The notes beneath the pieces were generated by a model, which saw only the letters and a program-made list of their open reading frames with translations, had not been told where the DNA came from and made no database searches. From a virus, in IMG/VR virus record IMGVR_UViG_3300021185_002348, positions 3,918 to 67,917 of that record: DNA of 64,000 nucleotides. One strand, 5' to 3'. A program made the translations under genes and the position numbers. Of this stretch, positions 36,634 to 45,866 are shown one piece after another; positions within the stretch are counted from its first letter, which is position 1, and every line of letters starts with the position of its first letter.

Positions 36634-37365
36634 CTAATATTTAGGTGCTTGTCTGAAATGTTTTCTTGATTGTACTAAAGCTTCGTCTTTTGTCATGCCT
36701 TGTACTCTAGCTCTAGACAATCTCTTTAAATTGTAAAAGTCTTTTTTAGCCATGTCTTTATCCGTAGCCGTATAGTCTCTTTTGTATTTTATGTGTGCGT
36801 AATATATATAAGCTTTTAAAGCTTCCGCTAAAAATGAATGAACTTGCACATTTGATGAAGAATCAACGTTGTCAATACCGTCTGTAATATATTCTACTAC
36901 TACTTCGCTTACGGTTATACCGCTGTTAAACTCTAATGTTCTAGCTATTTTATTTTCTCTATAATAACCAAACCTGTTTTGCCCGCCACCTTTACCAAAT
37001 TGTTTACCTAAGCTTAGACCATCTTTAAATACTGGAGGGTCATTATCCACGTCGGTAACATCTTCTTGCACAATAGGTGTTGCAGAACCCGTATATAGGT
37101 TATCTAATCTAGCCATGTAATCAATTGTACCGTCTTGATTGTATATACCTATCCTTGTGTAGGAAACATAATCTGCAGGTAAAGGTGCTGAGTAAGTGCT
37201 TTTATTTATAGTCAGCAATGCCGTTTTTACGTGCTTAGCAGTGTCAAAATTAAGTTCTCTTAACCCAGTACGTGCTAATTCAAAAAACCTCATATACTGA
37301 TGCTCGCCGTTTACTTCCAACTGCACAAGCAAAGATTTTATTATTTCATCTAAAGTAGTATACAT
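36634..37365 (-). CDS. Tail ring/tubular protein
   Basis: GLRELNFD, LPADYV.Y, VEYI.DG, EAL.AYI pattern; synteny. Confidence 0.7.
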   Translation of the reverse strand: MYTTLDEIIKSLLVQLEVNGEHQYMRFFELARTGLRELNFDTAKHVKTALLTINKSTYSAPLPADYVSYTRIGIYNQDGTIDYMARLDNLYTGSATPIVQEDVTDVDNDPPVFKDGLSLGKQFGKGGGQNRFGYYRENKIARTLEFNSGITVSEVVVEYITDGIDNVDSSSNVQVHSFLAEALKAYIYYAHIKYKRDYTATDKDMAKKDFYNLKRLSRARVQGMTKDEALVQSRKHFRQAPKY

Positions 37366-38006
37366 TATTCGTCTATATTATCATTTATAAAATCTTTTTT
37401 AGCTGCAGACATTAAATCATAAAGCTCAACTACCGACTTTATTATAACTGACTCATCACCGGGGCTTAAAGGATAAACGTCTAAATCGCCTAACGATGAA
37501 GAAGCTGCTATTAAGCCCATTAAAACCTTGCTCGGCGGATTGTTATCGCTAAAGTATATTCTATTACCTATCATTGTGTAATAAGTCTTTAAAGAGGCTG
37601 TAAAGCTAGGGAGTGAAGAATACATTGATTCAACACCCGATGCTAGTCTCCCGTAAGAAACAGATAAATCATTTGCGTCTTTTATAAATAATACGCCCGC
37701 TCCATCTGGTAAATCAACAGGAAAATGAGTTAATGTTATATATTCTTGCTCTCTGGTAGAATCTCTACTTGTAGAATAAGTAGCTTCAGATACATAGTTA
37801 CCCAGCACTGTATGCGCCGTTTGGCCTTGTATTGCTACTTTTGCTATATTCTTATATGATTGTATTAGTTTATCTTGTATAAGGCTATCTCTTTCACTAT
37901 CAACATGCAACATTATTTCTCTAATGTCAATGTCAGAATCTATTGAAACAGCTCCTCCTTGCAGAACTCGTAATATACGTTCTGCTATTTGTTTACGTGT
38001 AGCCAT
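37365..38006 (-). CDS. Tail ring protein
   Basis: GG....DSDID.REI and C-terminal YPL motifs; synteny. Confidence 0.6.
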   Translation of the reverse strand: MATRKQIAERILRVLQGGAVSIDSDIDIREIMLHVDSERDSLIQDKLIQSYKNIAKVAIQGQTAHTVLGNYVSEATYSTSRDSTREQEYITLTHFPVDLPDGAGVLFIKDANDLSVSYGRLASGVESMYSSLPSFTASLKTYYTMIGNRIYFSDNNPPSKVLMGLIAASSSLGDLDVYPLSPGDESVIIKSVVELYDLMSAAKKDFINDNIDE

Positions 38007-38007
38007 A

Positions 38008-38700
38008 TTATTCTTTTGTTAATTCATTTGTAGCATAATTTAGCACGTCACCGTCTCTTAAGTGAATACCTAAATATTGTAATAGCTTATTTACTAATTT
38101 TGTATGCTCAGACTTAGGTAAGTCTAATGCAGTGCAATCAGATAAATTAACTAAACCGGTCGCAGCATTAACTACATAATGTCCATTAGCAGGTACGCTT
38201 GGCTTACTTAAATATATAATTTTGTATGAGATAGAGTTCGGGCCCTCTGCAGAAGTGTAAAAATTAATTTTTGTAGCAGGATCAGAAGCTGAAGTTGCTG
38301 TAGGCGCTATAGTGTAAATAGGGCTTGAAGCGCTAGGAGCTACTATTGTGCTGCCTAATATTGAGCCAAGTTCTGAGTGCCTAATAAATTTTAGTTGAGT
38401 ACTTCCAGTAAACACACCAATCGTGTGCATGTAAGACGCATCAAGCACATAACCGGTTGAGGTTCCGCTTGCCTGCCTTATATACGGTATTAAAGAATCG
38501 GTTTTTTGAAAGTCTGATTCTAAACCTCGTTGTAGCTGATTAGGCTTTAAACTTCTAAAGTAGTTTTCTTCAAATATCTCTAACTCAGCTTGTTGTAATA
38601 AAGTATTAAATTCAGATGGTTTAACGTATCCTTTTTGTTCTTTATTTGTTATTGCATTTACAGTCTTAAATATATGATTAACATCTGCCGTTGTTGACAT
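38008..38700 (-). CDS. Tail ring/head-tail adaptor protein
   Basis: NKEQ.GY..P.EFN.L...A.LEIFE, YL.KP, LV.K.L.Y.G...RD. Confidence 0.7.
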   Translation of the reverse strand: MSTTADVNHIFKTVNAITNKEQKGYVKPSEFNTLLQQAELEIFEENYFRSLKPNQLQRGLESDFQKTDSLIPYIRQASGTSTGYVLDASYMHTIGVFTGSTQLKFIRHSELGSILGSTIVAPSASSPIYTIAPTATSASDPATKINFYTSAEGPNSISYKIIYLSKPSVPANGHYVVNAATGLVNLSDCTALDLPKSEHTKLVNKLLQYLGIHLRDGDVLNYATNELTKE

Positions 38701-38724
38701 AATTTTATATTATTTTATGATATA

Positions 38725-38732
38725 CAAATATA
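38725..38732 (-). promoter_or_regulatory. Bacteroidota -7 element TATATTTG
   Basis: Directly downstream of a terminator and upstream of the ring genes. Confidence 0.6.
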
Positions 38733-38733
38733 C

Positions 38734-38768
38734 AAAAAAAAGCGGGATCGAATTAACAACCCCGCTTT
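38734..38768 (-). terminator. Intrinsic terminator
   Basis: AAAGCGGG/CCCGCTTT stem with T8 tract on the minus strand. Confidence 0.75.
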
Positions 38769-38792
38769 CAATAATTTATTAACGTATATATA

Positions 38793-39677
38793 TTATGAAT
38801 TTATTATATCATTTAATTTTTTTTCTAATGTAGAATTGAATGATTCGAACTCACCCTTTTCTTTTATATAGTCTATTAAAGCTTGATATGGTTCCGCCCC
38901 TAATGGAACTCCACATATTAAACTTCCGTTATCCCACTGTATTTTTTCAGGTGTTACAGAAATAATTTTATACTCTTCAGCCGTTTTTATTGTACCTTTA
39001 AGTATAGCTTCTTTATTATCAAATAACTCAATAAATGCCTTAGCGTTTTTATTAGCCATGCTTTTTAAGTCTTGTCTTATTTCAACAACAGCTCGTGTTG
39101 TATCAATATTTAAATACTTAGCTATAGGCATTACTTTTTCAAGAGGAGCTCTTAAAGCTAAAGAAACTGCGTCTAAAACTGTTATTTCTTCTTGAATATT
39201 TAGTTTTGCAGCTACAGTAGGTTTTATTTCGTAAAACGCAGCAGGCTTGTCGGCTAATCTATTAGGGTTGCCTTTGCAAAGATTACTTATTCTTAAAAAT
39301 TTTATTAAAGCAGGATTGTTAGGCATAGCTACAACTACTCCGTTTTGAAATCTAATAATCTCTGATTTGGAATAACTAGCTTGGTCCTCCATATATATAG
39401 AAGGTTCATTTTTACAATATCTAATCTCTCTACGCTGCCCAGTTTCGGGATCAAATATTATATCTCTTGCTTCAAAAAAGGCAGATACAGGAAATACTTT
39501 TTCTCCTTTGCGACCTCTCGTGTGCTTTGTTAATTCAAATATTACCGGTTTAGGTAGTTTAGCTTTTTCCTCAAATGAGTTTTTCCAAGCTTTTGAATAT
39601 AATTCTGTTGTTTTTACTTGTGTTGGTTTAGCTACCGCGCTTGGCGTAGCTGGCTTTGCAATTACTTTTTTTGCCAT
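38793..39677 (-). CDS. Conserved capsid-module hypothetical protein
   Basis: 294 aa; R.IRY..NE.SI..EDQ, I.F.NG, L..FL motifs; downstream of MCP. Confidence 0.7.
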   Translation of the reverse strand: MAKKVIAKPATPSAVAKPTQVKTTELYSKAWKNSFEEKAKLPKPVIFELTKHTRGRKGEKVFPVSAFFEARDIIFDPETGQRREIRYCKNEPSIYMEDQASYSKSEIIRFQNGVVVAMPNNPALIKFLRISNLCKGNPNRLADKPAAFYEIKPTVAAKLNIQEEITVLDAVSLALRAPLEKVMPIAKYLNIDTTRAVVEIRQDLKSMANKNAKAFIELFDNKEAILKGTIKTAEEYKIISVTPEKIQWDNGSLICGVPLGAEPYQALIDYIKEKGEFESFNSTLEKKLNDIINS

Positions 39678-39704
39678 TTTATTTAATTTAGATTTAATTT
39701 AAGT

Positions 39705-39736
39705 AAAAAAAGGGGCAGCTTCAAAACCACCCCTTT
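39705..39736 (-). terminator. Intrinsic terminator after the capsid genes
   Basis: GGGGTGGTT-TTGA-AGCTGCCCC followed by T7 on the minus strand. Confidence 0.75.
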
Positions 39737-39745
39737 AATTAATTA

Positions 39746-40051
39746 TTAAGATCCCTCAGTTAAATCAATTACAGCAGAAGTAACTGCTAATACAGATTTT
39801 AGGGCTAATACATCAACTACGGCTGATTGTCCGTAATTAATTTCATCATACAATTCTTCTAACACTTTACCAGCTTCTCCAGCCGCACATGTTACAATTG
39901 CATTTGCTCTAACGTTACCGTTAGCAATAGCAGGTTCACTATTAGGAATATTACACCATATAGTAAATCCTTCGCTTACAAGTTCATAGCCAATTACAGC
40001 GTCGCATGGGAATGCAGCAACTGTAGCGCCAAAATACATAACTTTTTTCAT
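39746..40051 (-). CDS. Putative minor capsid/auxiliary protein
   Basis: 101 aa, co-transcribed right after MCP. Confidence 0.55.
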   Translation of the reverse strand: MKKVMYFGATVAAFPCDAVIGYELVSEGFTIWCNIPNSEPAIANGNVRANAIVTCAAGEAGKVLEELYDEINYGQSAVVDVLALKSVLAVTSAVIDLTEGS

Positions 40052-40079
40052 GTGTTTATAAATTTTTATAGTTATACAA

Positions 40080-41492
40080 TTACGCTACAGAAACGCTCAA
40101 GTAACGGTTAGCACCAAATACTTGAAGACCTCTTTCAGTTCTATAGTGACAGTTTAATGCATCACTTGTAGAAGTAGGATTAGCAAGAACAGCAGAACCT
40201 GTAAACCAGTGCTCCATTTTTCTTGAGTAACCATTAGCTTCTCTGTATCGAATTTGAAGTGCAGGAATGTTTAATCCTGAACGTGGATCTTTTTGAACTC
40301 CAGAAGGAACAAATAAAGCTTTCTTTCTGTATCCTAATGAACCACCCATACCTCTGTCGTTAAACATATCGTATAGTTTTTTGTGGAACGTGTAACCACC
40401 ACGAGTAAATGATTCAAAACCGAAGTTCATCGCCATATCCTTGCTGTTGTTAAATGCTCCCCAGTTTTGCTCGCCAATACCAGTAGTTTGGTTTTTAGAA
40501 GCCATCCAGTCATCAAGAGCTAAAGACACATCTAAACCACACCATGCAGTATATTCAGCTGGTCCTCTTTGACGGTCAATTGCATCAACCCATGCGTCAA
40601 CACGAGCATCAGTTAACATTGTTCCAGATAGATCAGTCATACCCTTAGCTTCAGCTTGAGTAAGTAAACCGTCTTGTCCAGTAATACCTAAACCATCTGC
40701 GCCTAAAGAAGCGAGGTCATTAGTTTTCTTCTTACCAAACATTAAAGAAGCTTCACAGTAGTCTTCAAATCGACGACGAGTGTCACCTTCACCTTTAATG
40801 TACCAAACGTATCCTGATTTACCAGCACCATTGTCTACTTTTACGTGAACAATTTGTGTAGCGTCAGAACCATTTACTAAGAAAGACTCTTTATAAATCG
40901 CAGTACGACCCACTACATCGTCAACTAATGGCTCGATGCTAGTTGGTTGATCAGTTCCTTTTCCAAATTCAAGACCAATTACGATTAACTTGTAACCGTT
41001 CATAGCTGCAGCAGTAGTACCAGCGTTAGTATCGAACTCAGACCACGTAGTAACAGGTGTCGCTTTAAACTGTGTATCTTGACCGGTAACATCATGATCA
41101 GTAACAATAGCTAAATCACCGTTTTGAAACTGAATAACAGCATTTTTACGAATGTATTTACGAGTTGCTGCAGAAGATAATACAAATGTAGCTTCATTTT
41201 TAGCAGCAGCTAATGTGCCTACTATTGAGCTACTTGAAGCTAATACTAATTCTTCGTGAAGCATTCGCTCCTCAAAGTGTTTGAACTCATCAGACCCAAC
41301 AGCAGTAACTGCTCCTAAAGCTTCTAAGTATCCTGATAACCCTTGGTTACCATATTTTTTTACGATGTCGTAATTAACATCTTGTTTTTGCAAGTTTAAT
41401 TGCGCAATATCCGTTGTGTGAACGTAATTTGATGTAAGCGTCACACGTGATGCACTCGGTTGAAACGGAGCGCCAGAGCTATCTACAGCCAT
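40080..41492 (-). CDS. Major capsid protein
   Basis: 470 aa after the acidic scaffold; EF.KGT.QP, I.KE...V.GSD, GY.WY.K, GF..F.RG.Y.FHK, highly biased codons. Confidence 0.88.
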   Translation of the reverse strand: MAVDSSGAPFQPSASRVTLTSNYVHTTDIAQLNLQKQDVNYDIVKKYGNQGLSGYLEALGAVTAVGSDEFKHFEERMLHEELVLASSSSIVGTLAAAKNEATFVLSSAATRKYIRKNAVIQFQNGDLAIVTDHDVTGQDTQFKATPVTTWSEFDTNAGTTAAAMNGYKLIVIGLEFGKGTDQPTSIEPLVDDVVGRTAIYKESFLVNGSDATQIVHVKVDNGAGKSGYVWYIKGEGDTRRRFEDYCEASLMFGKKKTNDLASLGADGLGITGQDGLLTQAEAKGMTDLSGTMLTDARVDAWVDAIDRQRGPAEYTAWCGLDVSLALDDWMASKNQTTGIGEQNWGAFNNSKDMAMNFGFESFTRGGYTFHKKLYDMFNDRGMGGSLGYRKKALFVPSGVQKDPRSGLNIPALQIRYREANGYSRKMEHWFTGSAVLANPTSTSDALNCHYRTERGLQVFGANRYLSVSVA

Positions 41493-41514
41493 ATCTTTGT
41501 GTTTAATTTATTAA

Positions 41515-42585
41515 TTATAAGTCTCCTTGTTGTCTCATTGCGTTAAATATTTGTTGAGCCATTGTAGGCGCCCCATTATCTGCACTCTGAGATTCTTTAC
41601 CTCCATAAGAAGGATTTTTAAGTTCCTGAACAACTTCTTCAGTTCCTTGTGATTTATAGTGGTTAGCTACGGACTTAATAATTGAATCGATATTATTTAA
41701 TATAAACATATCTGTATTCAATTGATCGTAATTCCAGTTACCCTCTCCATCAACGTATTGATCAAAAAAGTTTTCTAACTGGCCTACATACTCTTCAGGA
41801 TCAGGTCTGTTCTCATCATTTATAGCAAAAGTAAATTCGGTTCCTTTATCATCTATATCAAAAGTTAAACCTTCTATCTCCTGCATGTCTTGAACAACAT
41901 CTCCAAAGAAACTTGTACGTGCTTCTAAATCCTCAGCACTTGATTGAGACTCGATAGCTTTATCTGCAACTGGAGTTTGATAATGAGACTTAAACTCATT
42001 AATATCATTCTTAGCCCGGATAGCTTCTTTTTGCAAAGAAATAGCACCAAATCTTTTTTCAGTTGTACCGTCTTCAGCGTTTAGCTTGTACGTTTCTTCC
42101 ATGTAAAATTTTACATCGTCTTTTGAAAGCGTAGGGTTTTCTCTCTGTAACATAAACATTACAGCTTCTTGGTCTGACATTTCGTCAGGATTAAGACTTT
42201 GAGTAACCATAAAATCTTCTACACTTCTACCGGTAGATTTAACGTAATCATTTATTTGCTTAAGCGTTTCGCTAGCAAAAGGATTAGCTTGCTCTTGGTT
42301 AGAAGTAAATTTTGTAGAACTATAGTCTTCAAAGTCGGAAAGATTAGAGAATTCTTGTCCGTACTGTTCTGATAACATATGCGCCAGTAACTCCTCATCG
42401 CTAATATCATTTTCAGAGTCTTCAGCAATTTCTGCGTTTGAATCTTCTTCTATGCTATTATCGACTTCGGGTTGTGATTCATTAGTTGGGTTATCAAAAC
42501 CTTCATTATTTGAAAGAACTTCATCTTGTGTATCCGAAATAGCCCAACTGCTTTCTTGTTGTTCTAAGTTTTCTTCGTTTTCCAT
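41515..42585 (-). CDS. Capsid scaffolding protein
   Basis: Very acidic 356 aa between portal region and MCP; TGR..EDF motif; TATATTCG at 42610-42617 (-). Confidence 0.7.
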   Translation of the reverse strand: MENEENLEQQESSWAISDTQDEVLSNNEGFDNPTNESQPEVDNSIEEDSNAEIAEDSENDISDEELLAHMLSEQYGQEFSNLSDFEDYSSTKFTSNQEQANPFASETLKQINDYVKSTGRSVEDFMVTQSLNPDEMSDQEAVMFMLQRENPTLSKDDVKFYMEETYKLNAEDGTTEKRFGAISLQKEAIRAKNDINEFKSHYQTPVADKAIESQSSAEDLEARTSFFGDVVQDMQEIEGLTFDIDDKGTEFTFAINDENRPDPEEYVGQLENFFDQYVDGEGNWNYDQLNTDMFILNNIDSIIKSVANHYKSQGTEEVVQELKNPSYGGKESQSADNGAPTMAQQIFNAMRQQGDL

Positions 42586-42627
42586 TTAATTTAAATTTAA
42601 TTGTTATTGCGAATATATTAATTTTTA

Positions 42628-43380
42628 TTAACTTGATACTGTTGTTAACGTTATTTTTTTTGTGTCCACATTTAAATCTACAAGCGAATCTCCCTCTGCA
42701 GCCTCTAAAGCTTTTACTATCGTCGCTTCTAATTCATCTAAGTCTTCAGCTGGGTTTGAAAAATAGTTTGCAGTTACCGTGATCTCTTGAAGAGAACTTG
42801 TATTGTCTCCATCAGACGCTTCTATTGCTATTCGATTTATAGCAGTTGTTTTAATTGTGCCTGGAGTAAATGTAATCACTCTTGAAGAACTATGAGTATC
42901 AAAAAAAGTTAATTTTATATTTGCGTCCCCATCTCTTTTAACGCTAAAAATTTTATCTATAGGGATTAAATATGAATCTCCTTGATCATATGTTGTACTT
43001 GTAGGCTCAAAAGTTGCAGCATCGGCATCAACGTCTGCGTCATCAGATAGTTCATCTGTTACATAGCCTGCTCCTACGCTTAAAATAGGCAACACAGGGT
43101 TTGCTAAATCTAAAGATTGTATTTTAAAAAACGTATTTGTGGCTTCAGTATCTAAACGTCCTACTAAGTATCCTTCTTTAATCATATTAGTATATAAACT
43201 TTCTCTAATATAATTAGCCGTTAGCTTCCCTGCTACTAAATTAGCTGTTATTGAAACATCGTCTTGGCCTTGCCGTGGAGTAGAAAAAATTATATTAGTA
43301 CCATTTTCTATTTGATCGGTAACTTTATAAGTTGATACTCCAGCCGTAGCGTTTATATATTTAATACGAAGCATTCCCAT
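42628..43380 (-). CDS. Hypothetical structural protein
   Basis: 250 aa coupled to the portal gene. Confidence 0.6.
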   Translation of the reverse strand: MGMLRIKYINATAGVSTYKVTDQIENGTNIIFSTPRQGQDDVSITANLVAGKLTANYIRESLYTNMIKEGYLVGRLDTEATNTFFKIQSLDLANPVLPILSVGAGYVTDELSDDADVDADAATFEPTSTTYDQGDSYLIPIDKIFSVKRDGDANIKLTFFDTHSSSRVITFTPGTIKTTAINRIAIEASDGDNTSSLQEITVTANYFSNPAEDLDELEATIVKALEAAEGDSLVDLNVDTKKITLTTVSS

Positions 43381-45866
43381 TATATCAAATCTTCTAAAGG
43401 TGGTCCATCTACACTAGGTTGAGGTGGTTGAGGCATAGGAGGCATTGGAGGACCAGTTGGTGGTTCTTCGTTAATCTGCCCTAAAAGACCTTCGGTATTA
43501 GGAGGCATGTTACCTGACATTTTAGGCATAGCATCTGGCATAGCAGGAGCAGACTGTAACTCAGCTTTTCCTTCGTTAGCGGTCATTTGCACTCTATTAC
43601 TACCTTCTCCTTTTATCTTTTCTTTATCTTTTAATCCTGTATTTTCAACTTCTTTAAGCTTTATTTTTAAATCAAACTCTTTTTGAAGGCGTTCCATTTC
43701 ATGTGCATGCTTTAATTTTTCAAGCTCTGAAGAAGAGTTAGCCTCAAATTGTTTTAATGCTTGAGCCTGTTGAGCTTGTGCCTGCTGTTGTGCCTGCGCT
43801 TGCTGAGCTTTAGCTTGCTGCTGCTGTTGAGCCATTTTTTGAGCTTCTTCCTGATACTTCTTTCTTCTAAGTATAAGCATTTGATTAGCCATTTTAATAT
43901 TATTAATGGATCTAATCATTATTGCATCTTCAATACGAAGCTCTTTTTGCTGTATTGACATTTGCACGTTTTGCTCAAACTTTTGTCTTTCTTCTTCGTC
44001 AGGTGCTATTTCAATAGATAAACCAAATTCGTTTAAATGAAATTCTTTGCTCATAGAAATGCTTTCAATAACAGCTTCACCTAGCATTTGCATGTATTTC
44101 TTTTTAAGGGGAGAATATTTAATTATATCCTGCAACCTTAATATTGAATGTTCTGCAACCCTTGTAGTTATACTAAGCTCACCTCTATTTATGTGCTTTG
44201 TAGCATTATTAGAAGCCATTAAAGCTAGTTTTTGTGTACCTATTAAAGCTTTAGCAGAAGGCTGTGTAGCATCTCTTGCTTCGTTTATACCCGTAACATC
44301 TCGTATAATTTGAAGGTTGTGATTATAAATAGCTATTAAGCTTTGCATGTCTTTACCAATACCATTTTCTAATTCCTGTATAGGTAGAGCTTGACTTTGA
44401 ATCCCTTCATCATCTTGGCGTCTATAATATATATTACCAGTTTGATCGTATATATCTTGTAACTCTAATGGCGTAAATGTAGCACCATCTCCTTTACCTA
44501 CATTCTCTAACGAGCCTAATTCAAAAGCAGCACCTTTAGGTCTGGCTTTCGCTATTACCAATTGCATTTTTAAATGGGCTAGTTGAATTTGATCAGCAAA
44601 TGGTATCATTCTTTCAACTAAAGACTTGCTAGTTGAATTATAAATATTAGGTATGTAAACAATATATGGACATGGTGTATCGTCTAAAGTTGATTTTTTA
44701 CGAACCATATTCTGCAAAGGGCCGTAACCAATTAAATGTTCAGTACCTACAATATATAATCCTTTGTAGTATATTGACGCAGGCTGGTTTACCACCTCTC
44801 TTTTATATTTAGATTTTTTAGGTGCTTTATAGCCCTCTTCTTTTCTATATATATTATTATGACCGTGCTTATTTTCTTTTTTCTCGTAAACAATTTTGTA
44901 ATCAGATTTAAATACACCGTCTAAGCACTCTATTGTAAACGAATCATACTCATACTCTTCGTAACCTAGCTCAGCGTTAAAACTATTGCTAGAGTTAAAA
45001 TCATTAGGGTTGTTCTCTCTACCTGCATATTTGCGGGCTATTTCTTTAAACTGATCTTCAGTTATCTCCCCAGGCTTGCACAATCTTTTTAGTTCGCCTA
45101 TGGTCATACGCTTTATTTCCCCTGCGTGATACAAGTCTTTACAATCAGCCATTTTACTATGCGAGTGTATAAAACTTTTTGGATCAACGTATTTAATCTT
45201 TATTCCTCTTACAGGATCCGTTTCGGTTTTGGCTACAGCCATACCACATACAGTTAAATCGCGTAATAAAGCACTTCGTATTTCTTGGTAGTCATTTAGC
45301 TCTTTAATGCCTGAAAGAGCCTGCTCCATAGCTATTTCGTTTTTTTGCTTGTAGTTTAAAGACATATATAAATCTAGCTCTTCTGTAGTCTCAGGGCCAC
45401 CTTTTGGAGCAGCATTTGGCATACCTGATATTTGTTCAAAAGCTTCATTAAAATCTTTATTAATAATATTAACAAACATTTTGTCTTTATCAGCTATTCT
45501 TTTGTTTAATGAAACATTGTCAATTGCTTTGACTTTCATTTCGTACTCTTGCTCAGATAGCCCATTTGTAATTACATCTACAAACTTTGGAATAATACTT
45601 AAATTACTCCAATCTAAATTCATATAGCTTTGGTCTCCTGATGAATTTAATAAAGACCTGTATTTGTCACTTGATTGCGTGCCATTAGCATAGCTTCTAG
45701 CGGTATTAAATCTTCTTTTACGGCCAACAGTAGAATTGTCTCCCTGTCCTGACCATTCTTTGTACATTTTACGAAAATACTTTAAGCCGTATTCTTTTTT
45801 ATCTTTAACTGACTTAGGAGCAAAAGGCGATGGATAGCCACCAATATCTTCTATTTTTTTCTTCAT
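43380..45866 (-). CDS. Portal protein
   Basis: 828 aa after TerL; S..NLDW...IIPKFVD, SLVERMI.FAD.IQL.HLK, DVTG.NEARD; Q-rich crown. Confidence 0.88.
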   Translation of the reverse strand: MKKKIEDIGGYPSPFAPKSVKDKKEYGLKYFRKMYKEWSGQGDNSTVGRKRRFNTARSYANGTQSSDKYRSLLNSSGDQSYMNLDWSNLSIIPKFVDVITNGLSEQEYEMKVKAIDNVSLNKRIADKDKMFVNIINKDFNEAFEQISGMPNAAPKGGPETTEELDLYMSLNYKQKNEIAMEQALSGIKELNDYQEIRSALLRDLTVCGMAVAKTETDPVRGIKIKYVDPKSFIHSHSKMADCKDLYHAGEIKRMTIGELKRLCKPGEITEDQFKEIARKYAGRENNPNDFNSSNSFNAELGYEEYEYDSFTIECLDGVFKSDYKIVYEKKENKHGHNNIYRKEEGYKAPKKSKYKREVVNQPASIYYKGLYIVGTEHLIGYGPLQNMVRKKSTLDDTPCPYIVYIPNIYNSTSKSLVERMIPFADQIQLAHLKMQLVIAKARPKGAAFELGSLENVGKGDGATFTPLELQDIYDQTGNIYYRRQDDEGIQSQALPIQELENGIGKDMQSLIAIYNHNLQIIRDVTGINEARDATQPSAKALIGTQKLALMASNNATKHINRGELSITTRVAEHSILRLQDIIKYSPLKKKYMQMLGEAVIESISMSKEFHLNEFGLSIEIAPDEEERQKFEQNVQMSIQQKELRIEDAIMIRSINNIKMANQMLILRRKKYQEEAQKMAQQQQQAKAQQAQAQQQAQAQQAQALKQFEANSSSELEKLKHAHEMERLQKEFDLKIKLKEVENTGLKDKEKIKGEGSNRVQMTANEGKAELQSAPAMPDAMPKMSGNMPPNTEGLLGQINEEPPTGPPMPPMPQPPQPSVDGPPLEDLI